From a virus (Duplodnaviria > Caudoviricetes), in IMG/VR virus record IMGVR_UViG_3300016467_000324, positions 1-39,443 of that record: DNA of 39,443 nucleotides; one strand, written 5' to 3'. The number at the start of each line of letters is the position of its first letter. The first letter of the stretch is position 1. A program made the translations under genes and the position numbers. Under the pieces are notes generated by a model. It was not told the DNA's origin. It did no database searches and worked only from the letters and a program-made list of their open reading frames with translations. Positions 30,953 to 39,443 of the stretch are shown here, piece by piece.

Positions 30953-32846
30953 CATTCAAAGTATTGGAATATAATAGTCGACCAGTATTGCTCGCCTAAT
31001 GCCTCCCACATATCCATAGCCCTTTCACAATCATATTCGCTCAAATTGTATATACGACCAATAAGGGTATCTTCATAATAGAAATCCATTTCTGAGGTAT
31101 TATTATTCAACGAGATATTCTCCTTCAAATACTGCTTCAAATACCTTTAGAATGGTTGCACCAGGACCAACATATACTTTGATTCTATACCATGCTTCTT
31201 CATATGATTCAGCTTTGATACTGGTTCTTTCAAAGGTGTCCCATTTATCACGATATTCAAAAAACCATACCTTTTTCATTATTTACTCCAATTCTTCTTC
31301 AAGGATATAATAAAAACTCTTATAATAATTTAGACCAAGACTCATTGACGCAAATCCATTCCGTCTCACAATATCCTTTTCAATACCTTTATGTGCCTTT
31401 TCTTCAGATGAATAGACTCCAATATAATCCTCATTGTCAGAACAAGGATTATATAATACCACAAATACTTTCATTATTAACCCCTGAGTTCTTTTAGTCT
31501 TTCTTCTGCCAATACTTCAAGCAGACCAATGGCACCAAGAAAATCTGCTTCAGTTTGTGGAATAGGTATCTCTGCACCTAATGAAATGGCCCATCTATCA
31601 AAATCACCATCGTCAATCTGCCATTTACCTTTATCACTCACCCGATAATTTCTACCATTCCGATAAGGATAATATGGACCCCATTTTCTATCACTGGAAC
31701 GATATTTAAAATGTCCTAGTTTTAACCAGTGTTTCCATTGCTTTGGTAGTTTCATTATAGATTCCGTCCAATAGTATTATAGACCAATTCATCAACCAAT
31801 TTGATAACCCTTTCTTGACTACCATATCTCCTTGCCTCAAAGATATCCTGCATGGTTTTGGTATCAATAACAAAATAACCACAATCTTCCACATGGGTTA
31901 CAATATCACACCAATCAATATCGGATACATCAATATCCACATTTACATAAGTCATTTATAAAACCTCTTTGATAACTTTTTCAATATAGGTATTAGGATC
32001 GTCTTTAAACTCCCATGCGGTATTGGCATAGTTTTTTGCTTCTTCTAATGTTTTGAATGTTTTCACCCAACGAGTACCCTTGTTTTTAACACGATATACT
32101 GTTTTCATTATTAACCTCCAGCCATTTTCGGTGCATCTTGCTCAGAATAATCGGTTACTCCTTGCCAGTACCCTTCTTCATAATACTCAAAGAATTCATC
32201 AGGGACTTTTGTGATATTACTATATGAACCGTGAGCACGACCATCATAATAACCAACGCCATAATAATACCGAATCAATTTATAATCATTATCTGACATT
32301 ATACAATCTCCGCATTTGGACAACCAGTAATATAGTGCTTGGTATCACAACCACCTAATTCTTTGTGTTTATCAAGAGCAATAACCCTGTCATTAGTAAC
32401 AAAGTCAATCATAACCATGCCATCAGGCAAATAATGATATACCATATAAAACATTATTGTAACTCCCATTCTTCATTCAGAATATAAACATCTTCATCTA
32501 CAGTATCCAAATCAAAATACTGCTCACCAATATACTTTCCTTCTAAGGTATCATAGATACGATAGGATTCAATACCATCAGAGGTAATGGGGTAAATGGT
32601 ATCATATTCATAACGATTTTTCATAATATAATCTCCTAATTAAGCAACCCGAAGGGATTCAACATAATAACTATAACCAAGTCGGACCAAGTCGGCCTGC
32701 TTTTGGACGGTTTCCCACCAGAAGGCCTCTGCTTCTGCTGCGGTTTCAAATTGGCCGCCGACCGTATACATACGGAGGTCGAGTGAATCATACTTGCTAA
32801 CGACATAAACCCATTTTTCTTTTTTCATTTGATTTTCTCCTAACTT

Positions 32847-33037
32847 GTTTCAAACTATGGGAGAATTGTATCAGAACCGTGGAGGAAGTCAAGCCCTTGG
32901 ACAGGCTCATTTAAGAAACAATGGGGTGCCGATTATGAAACAATCGGGATCGTGCCCTGGTGCGTTCCGCATGGTCTACAGTCACGGACTCTCCCAGGAT
33001 GCAAGGAGGACGGATATCAGTCCGTAAGTGATTGATC
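32847..33037 (-). promoter_or_regulatory. repeated early-promoter module, copy 11, with IHF-like site
   Basis: TTGACT-16-TACAAT; GAAACA at 32915 and 32937; GGATGCAAGGAGGA; GATCAATCACTTA at 33025-33037. Confidence 0.8.
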
Positions 33038-33714
33038 CATAAGAATGGCCACACGGTTCAAAACGAGCTCAGCCTTGGCCATCTTGATTCTAAGCATTCC
33101 GTCTAGTTCGGTACCGTGATGGTCTAATATATCGGCAAAGGTATCACGCATGGCAAATACCTTATCTTTTAATTCTTCTGTAATAGGGTTATCCATCTAT
33201 TATCTCCGTTTCATATATTCTATAGAATCCCTGTATACCATTTCTCTGCATTTCATTAATCTTATTCTCAGCAGTATCATAATTGGTATAGGTACCGACA
33301 ATACTGGGTTTGCCTGATATAATCCATACGATAATGAATAGTTTATTCATAGTGCTAACGCCTAGAATGCCAGGTGTATATGCAATACCCAATCATAATG
33401 GTATGCAAACATTAATTGTAGATTATCTCCAAAATACATTATTCATCCCAATTCTTTAAATCTAATTCTTCGCAGGTATCATATACTGAATCAACCATGG
33501 ATTGATACCATATATCTTCCATTTCTTGATATTCATCAATAGAGAATTCATCACACATTATACCGCACTCCAATCAAAACCATTATCTTCGCACCAATTC
33601 CGTGCCATTGAAAACCAATCAAATTCCGCAATAATAACAGTATCCCCACCAATACATTCACACACAATCCATTTGTTGATTTTGCAATCACGATCAATTA
33701 TAACCGATTTCATA

Positions 33715-34137
33715 TTATACCTCCAATTGGTATGGTTTATTCCAAGACCCGACATTTACGTCCATATAGTATGCGGTGTGGAAATAATCTGATTGAATAT
33801 CTGATTTATCAAACCATTTATCGCCTTTCATGGCATCATATAGTTCAATAATAAAGTCCTTTACAATACCAGAATAATTCTCACTAATCCAATATTGATT
33901 GACATCCATATATTCTGGTTTCTTGATAGTATCACCATAAGTATTGGTCAGGATTTGGCCATTCTTGGTTACAGTATCATACCAGTTTTGCATGATATCC
34001 AGTTTGCCAGACTTGATATTAACCACAAGGGTCATATGATGACGGACACCAATACTGCCTTTCATACCATATTTGGTTAATACAGCCTTGATTGCAGGTG
34101 CGAGTTCTTTTTTGGTTTCTTGATTCATGTATGCCAT
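33715..34137 (-). CDS. conserved hypothetical phage protein
   Basis: 140-aa ORF with AGGAG, first gene after promoter copy 12; D.SD...DYF...YY...VG.W.KPY end. Confidence 0.7.
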   Translation of the reverse strand: MAYMNQETKKELAPAIKAVLTKYGMKGSIGVRHHMTLVVNIKSGKLDIMQNWYDTVTKNGQILTNTYGDTIKKPEYMDVNQYWISENYSGIVKDFIIELYDAMKGDKWFDKSDIQSDYFHTAYYMDVNVGSWNKPYQLEV

Positions 34138-34155
34138 TTGATTTTCTCCTAACTT

Positions 34156-34347
34156 GTTTCAAACTATGGGGAAATTGTATCAGAACCACGGTGGAAGTCA
34201 AGCCCTGGATTGCACCAATCCATGAAACAATGCTGAGCGATTTGGTGAACAATGCGTGAGGCGCCCTGGTTGTCTCCGTGACGGTGAACACCAGGGCATC
34301 GTGAGAGGATGCAAGGAGGAAGGAATTGATACGGTAAGTGGTTGATT
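34156..34347 (-). promoter_or_regulatory. repeated early-promoter module, copy 12, with hairpin and IHF-consensus site
   Basis: TTGACT-16-TACAAT; boxes at 34224 and 34246; GCCCTGGT...ACCAGGGC at 34263-34297; AATCAACCACTTA at 34335-34347. Confidence 0.82.
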
Positions 34348-35131
34348 TTACAATCACCGCCAAGGCGAGGAACTGGTTTTGATTGTAATATGGTTGGCTG
34401 GTACGGTTATATTATTAACCGGTGTAACTGGTGTATATGAAATAGTATGATTAGATGCTGTTGATACTGCATTTTGCAATTCTTTCTGACAGAATTCTCG
34501 CATCTTTTTACTATATACGGCAGAAACAATAAGAGGAATATCCCAATCACTAATTCTAGATTTAATGTTACAAAGCTCTGCAATAATATCCATAATATCA
34601 TCACGGTCAGCCCATGTACCAATGAATACACCAGATATATCGTTTAATCCTCTTATACTATCAACATTGGATACAAATTTATATATTATTCCATCAAAGT
34701 AATGGTCTCTTACATATAACCGATATTCATTATAATTCCCTGCAATGATATATTTGGTGTCCATTATTAATACCCCAAATCTTTCATTGATTCATTTACC
34801 TTAACTTCTTTCACATTGAATACCATTTCTGGAAACAGACCTAATAGTTTATGAATATATTCATTTGCCAATCCCTCAGAGATATAGAAACCAGCACTAT
34901 TAGGACTCTCCAATGATAATGGATCAAAATATAGGACTTCATATATCTTCATTATTCATCCCTCCAATCAATCCATTTACGGACAATATTGATGGCATCA
35001 CCATCTTTATATCCCATAATCTCAATCTCAGGATAACCAGTAATATATTCATTAATATGAATAACGGCACCATACTTATCAAGTAGAGTAGTCAATTCAT
35101 CAAGAAACTGTTTTTCAATATCGTTCATTAT

Positions 35132-35269
35132 TCAGTCCTCTAATACCGATTCATCAACATAATAATCAATATTCATATCTGATACTTTCTTGGCTGATTC
35201 ATAAGACTTATATACACCAATCACATAAGATTCATGGTAATTGGCACAGATAACAACATATACTTTCAT
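35132..35269 (-). CDS. 45-aa member of the MKVYVV mini-protein family
   Basis: Manual translation MKVYVVICANYHESYVIGVYKSYESAKK...YYVDESVLED*. Confidence 0.7.
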   Translation of the reverse strand: MKVYVVICANYHESYVIGVYKSYESAKKVSDMNIDYYVDESVLED

Positions 35270-35272
35270 TAT

Positions 35273-35428
35273 TCAATCTCCATCCAATACTGCATCATCA
35301 TAATAATATGATGCGTGTTCTAAACACAATTCCAATACCCGGTTTAAATCAGTATATACTCCCACCAATCTAGTACCATAATCACCAGTTTCTTGAAACA
35401 AATCAGAATATACCACATACACTTGCAT
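35273..35428 (-). CDS. 51-aa member of the MKVYVV mini-protein family
   Basis: Manual translation MQVYVVYSDLFQETGDYGTRLVGVYTDLNRV...YYYDDAVLDGD*. Confidence 0.65.
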   Translation of the reverse strand: MQVYVVYSDLFQETGDYGTRLVGVYTDLNRVLELCLEHASYYYDDAVLDGD

Positions 35429-37444
35429 ACATATACCAATCAGGTACTACCTGTACCGGTGGATTATGTTTATCATTATATTGCTTCACATAATCCCTGG
35501 CTTCACTCTCATTATCAAAGTATATGGTTTCGTCTACCTTTTGACCCCATCCCCTTTCAGATTCTATAATATCAACCCGATAACTTCTATTAACTCTTGG
35601 CATATTAACTCTCCAATACACAATTATATTCAATACGACTCATAATCTTCAATTCACCCCTATTCTCATTGATATATTCCCAACATTCTTCATATGAGAA
35701 TGGTCCTGCGATATACTCATACCGTGGGTGCCGTATTTCTCTCACTACATAATGCAATTTCATTTCCATTAGTCATAATCCATCTTTACTTCTGTTCCAT
35801 TTAATGCGTGTTTATGACCCATATCAAAACCATCCAATCGTCCTTGAGTTTCTCCCTTATTATATGCCATATATGCAATCCAATAAGCAAGAGAATCTTT
35901 ACAGGTTATTTGTTGACCCTTTTTCTTTGATTTATATACACGAAATACATTGGTTGCATTTTCATATACTTCGTGGAATAGTTCTTGATTCATTATTATC
36001 CCCTAAAACCAAATTGCATGAATTAGCCAAACTAATCCAACCAATAAGGCAGTAATAAGACCACCCGCAATCCATTTAGACAGATGATTACTACTAATAT
36101 CAAACATCATAAGAATAAATGATATGATTATTAATCCTATAATCAAGGTGAGTGATACTTTATCAAATAGTGTCATTATTCAACCTCCATCATTTCATAT
36201 TCTCGCCATTCTGTTTCATTATCCACGGATTCACATTCTAATATCCATGCTGATACTTTCTCATATGAATCAAATACTGTTATAACGGTTTTCCATACGT
36301 CACAACCATTATAATAACATTCTTTAGCTAAGTATACCACTTTCATTATTCAACCCTTCATATACTTACCGAATTCATAATCTAATAGGTCATTATAATC
36401 ATACCAATCATCTGAACCCATATTATGGTAATTGATTTGTTCCATAATGGCATCAAACCGATCTACCAATTCAGACGGCACCATATACTTGTGACCGTCA
36501 TTATCTCTTTTCAATTCTTTAGCCATTATTCACTTCTCCAAATACTGAACCACAATACCATATTCTGCCAGTTCTTCAAAGGTCTTAATAGTACCATATT
36601 CAATCAAGGTTTCAAGACATTGATATTCTCTATCAGAGTATTCATCACGATAGGTTCTAAGCAATTCAAATAGTTTATCTTTCATTATTCACTCCGTTAT
36701 ATAAATTCCAATATTTTTAACAATAGATTGAATTTCCTTTTCTCTATTTGATTCCCATTCTTTAAATGCCTTTTCTAATTGTTCCCATTCAGAAGAATAT
36801 AATTTAATACTGGTGCTGTCAATAATAGATTCAAATTCATCCCACGTCATAATCACTCCTCCCACAAAAACTTTTCAATAATATAAAAACAATCCAGTTT
36901 ATAACCATCCTGTACCATAACTGATACGGCATAACCCTCAAGGTATTTCAATGCAGATTCTCTACTACGAAATACTTCTTTGATTTCAAAGGTATCATAC
37001 CTTTCATAAGTAACAATATAAATCTTACCCATTATACACTCCCCATTGATATATCTTCATTACACTGGTCATAACCTTCGCGATAACCTATTTCATGTCC
37101 TTCACCAAATACTTGGTCATTATAATCATTTAACCATACCGCAAAATCAGTCAAATCCCATTCACCTTTCTCAATCAATTCAAATACTTCATTATACTGT
37201 TTCATAATACTATCCTACAATCTCAGGTACTAATTTAACAATAATATAGGAATCATTTCTAACATTGATAGCCTTACCACAATACTTTTCTTTATAAGAT
37301 ACTGCCTGTTTCAAGGTATTAAAATCAGAACAGACATAATATAACCGACCATCACTTGCCGAACGACCATAAATCCTATATTTGATTTTAGCATTCACCA
37401 TTGCTTGTGTAATTTTCATAATATATAATCTCCGTTTCTCTTGT

Positions 37445-37618
37445 CTCTCAATGTGGTGATATTGTCTCACAAGACCAAGAAAAAGTCAAGACCCAATCCA
37501 TGAAACAGTCTGCTAACAAGGAAGAAACAATGTGCCCTGGTTGTCACCGTCAAGGTCATCATACCAGGGCACTAAAAGGATGCAAGGAGGAAGGATTTCA
37601 CTCCGTAAGTGGTTGATT
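37445..37618 (-). promoter_or_regulatory. repeated early-promoter module, copy 13, with hairpin and IHF-consensus site
   Basis: TTGACT-17-GACAAT with TG; GAAACA at 37502 and 37524; GTGCCCTGGT...ACCAGGGCAC at 37532-37572; AATCAACCACTTA at 37606-37618. Confidence 0.78.
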
Positions 37619-38278
37619 TAGATACTCCTCTTCAGCAGAAATCCGTGCATACTTGGCCTCCTCAAAGGTCTTATACTGACCGAGGCGATACAGCTTGCCT
37701 TTTACTGTAATGGTTGCCTGATACTTGTTAATCCTCTTAACATATGATACCCCTTTATAACCAGAAGTATTATTAGAACCGGTAGACCGATTAAGGTTAT
37801 TCAGTGTAGGATCAGATAACCGTAGATTCTCAATCCTATTATCACTCTTATTCTGATTAATATGATCCACAATAGTATCAGGAAACACACCGTGATGCCA
37901 TAACCATACTAGATGATGAGCCCTATATGTTTTACCATTCACACCAATTCTAATATAACCATGATGCTCAATAGACCCTGCAACCTTACCATTCTTTTTC
38001 CAGATCAGACCACCATTAATGGTATCATAATCAAATAATGCCCGTACCATATCATGGTCCAAATCATTCCGATATTTGACCTTGACCGTCTTACCACTCA
38101 GAGTAACATTATCCCCCAACATCGCAATAATGTCCTTGGCTACCTTTTTCTTAATATCATTCTCCATTTTATTGGAGATATGGGTAAAAAGGTCACGAGC
38201 AAATGCCTTTACATTAGCATTAACAGTAACACCATTCTTCTTCGCAATAGTATTAATTATAGCATTATTCATATTCAT
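37598..38278 (-). CDS. HNH endonuclease with C-terminal AP2 domain
   Basis: YRAHHLVW..HHG, VDHIN..K.DNRIENLR, N..N, NTSGYKGV...YQA.I...LG.Y...EEA..AR. Confidence 0.9.
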   Translation of the reverse strand: MNMNNAIINTIAKKNGVTVNANVKAFARDLFTHISNKMENDIKKKVAKDIIAMLGDNVTLSGKTVKVKYRNDLDHDMVRALFDYDTINGGLIWKKNGKVAGSIEHHGYIRIGVNGKTYRAHHLVWLWHHGVFPDTIVDHINQNKSDNRIENLRLSDPTLNNLNRSTGSNNTSGYKGVSYVKRINKYQATITVKGKLYRLGQYKTFEEAKYARISAEEEYLNQPLTE

Positions 38279-38452
38279 AATGAATACTCCCCAGATATAA
38301 ATCACCCTCAAGGGAGGCATCAATATCTTCCATATTAAGAATATCATAATCCATATATGGTGCCCCATCAGTCATATTCTTAATAATATAGACCTCTCTG
38401 TCCTTATCAAGAGTATTAAGGTATAGAATAAGATCATGAATAGTCATAATAA

Positions 38453-38905
38453 TCATCCCTCAATAGGTAATAACAGTTCATAACCCTCATCAATATAATC
38501 AACCATTTCCGATTCGGATATAGGATCGATGATATTAACCTCCCACACACCAGGTATCTCACCCTCTTCCGAATGACCTAATAGTACCGAATAACATTCA
38601 CTCTTTGACCTTGCCTTAATAATAACCTGATGAATATCCTCAAAGATAGTCAGATAATCCAAAGAATAATACCTATACCGATTATGAACCGTATTATGTA
38701 ATGGTTTCTCTTTGGTAATGGCCTTCTTCTCTGCAATCAATGCCTCTTTCCTTGTATTATATTTCTCAATAGTAACAGAACTAATAGTATTAAACCAATG
38801 AGAATTATCCCTATGTTGACCTAACCTATTAAGGGTAGAAAGAGAGATACCAACATAAAGAAGGTTACCATTAGAATCAAAATGACGGTATAGATCAGTG
38901 CTCAT
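38453..38905 (-). CDS. GIY-YIG nuclease-domain protein
   Basis: LYRHFD..G.LLYVGIS....R..QH, A...EK.AI..EKP.HN. Confidence 0.8.
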   Translation of the reverse strand: MSTDLYRHFDSNGNLLYVGISLSTLNRLGQHRDNSHWFNTISSVTIEKYNTRKEALIAEKKAITKEKPLHNTVHNRYRYYSLDYLTIFEDIHQVIIKARSKSECYSVLLGHSEEGEIPGVWEVNIIDPISESEMVDYIDEGYELLLPIEG

Positions 38906-39203
38906 AATATAAACCTCAAACAATTAAACCACTTTTATTCAATACCAATGTATAATAATCAGTAGACTTATCAGTAAAGAGATATGTTAATCCCAATACC
39001 TTTTCTATTTGATCCTGCTTAGTATTATACTGATAGTCATAATCTATAGTATAGGACTCAGAAGTATTCAGATTCTTAACCTTAATACGAGGACCATTAT
39101 TAGGAGTGGGTGGAATGTATATTGCTGAATAGTATGATTGCATAGTATTAGTCCGTAGATATAGAGTATATCAGTAGAATAACGATATATTGAGTATATT
39201 GGG

Positions 39204-39264
39204 TAACCTATTGATTTATAACGAATTATCACTGCCGTTAAAGTTTAATGAAATCAATAGGTTA
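39204..39264. repeat. perfect 14-bp inverted repeat, each arm an IHF-consensus site
   Basis: TAACCTATTGATTT (39204-39217) and AAATCAATAGGTTA (39251-39264); both fit WATCAANNNNTTR. Confidence 0.8.
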
Positions 39265-39349
39265 TATCGCAGTATCGTCGCGGTATATCGATAGTGTGTG
39301 GGTTAGTTCGTTATGCTTCGGGTTGCTGTGGTATTGTGTCCGACTTAGT

Positions 39350-39378
39350 ATCTTATCACAACGAAATTTTTTTGTCAA
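39350..39378 (-). promoter_or_regulatory. sigma70-type early promoter
   Basis: TTGACA-17-TAAGAT with extended -10 TG. Confidence 0.7.
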
Positions 39379-39443
39379 CCATTATTTTCTATATGGTATC
39401 ACAAGTCTGCCCATATACTGAAACTACTTTCATCAAAATCAAT

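Noticed and set aside
32847-34186. GTTTCAAAC...TCAGAAC and GAAAC strings resembling CRISPR repeat ends
   Set aside because: Copies are kilobases apart, vary internally, contain the -10 element and are not separated by spacer-length sequence; no cas genes. Promoter conservation explains them. A solitary-repeat role cannot be strictly excluded.
1-39443. tRNA, rRNA or self-splicing intron
   Set aside because: No cloverleaf or intron core recognised by eye; the endonucleases appear free-standing between genes. A covariance-model scan would be needed to exclude them.

Overview
AT-rich segment of a large T4-like (myovirus-type) phage genome, almost all genes on the minus strand, that encodes pmoC and so probably infects a gammaproteobacterial methanotroph. 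The left part (about 1.4-6.2 kb) is a host-metabolism island. It holds pmoC with its own promoters and terminators, and a PlcP-like phospholipase plus Agt-like glycosyltransferase pair preceded by a Pho-box-like repeat. It also holds a 23-codon pqqA (PQQ precursor peptide, missing from the ORF track) and two tandem 2OG-Fe(II) oxygenases. Next come two AAA+ ATPases and about 29 kb of small early genes. These are punctuated by 13 copies of a conserved promoter module: a sigma70 core, helically phased GAAACA boxes and, in some copies, a hairpin and an IHF-consensus site abutting the upstream stop codon. The only credible plus-strand genes are four homing-endonuclease-like ORFs, each behind a T4-type late promoter. 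All calls come from motif recognition by eye; no database searches were run.
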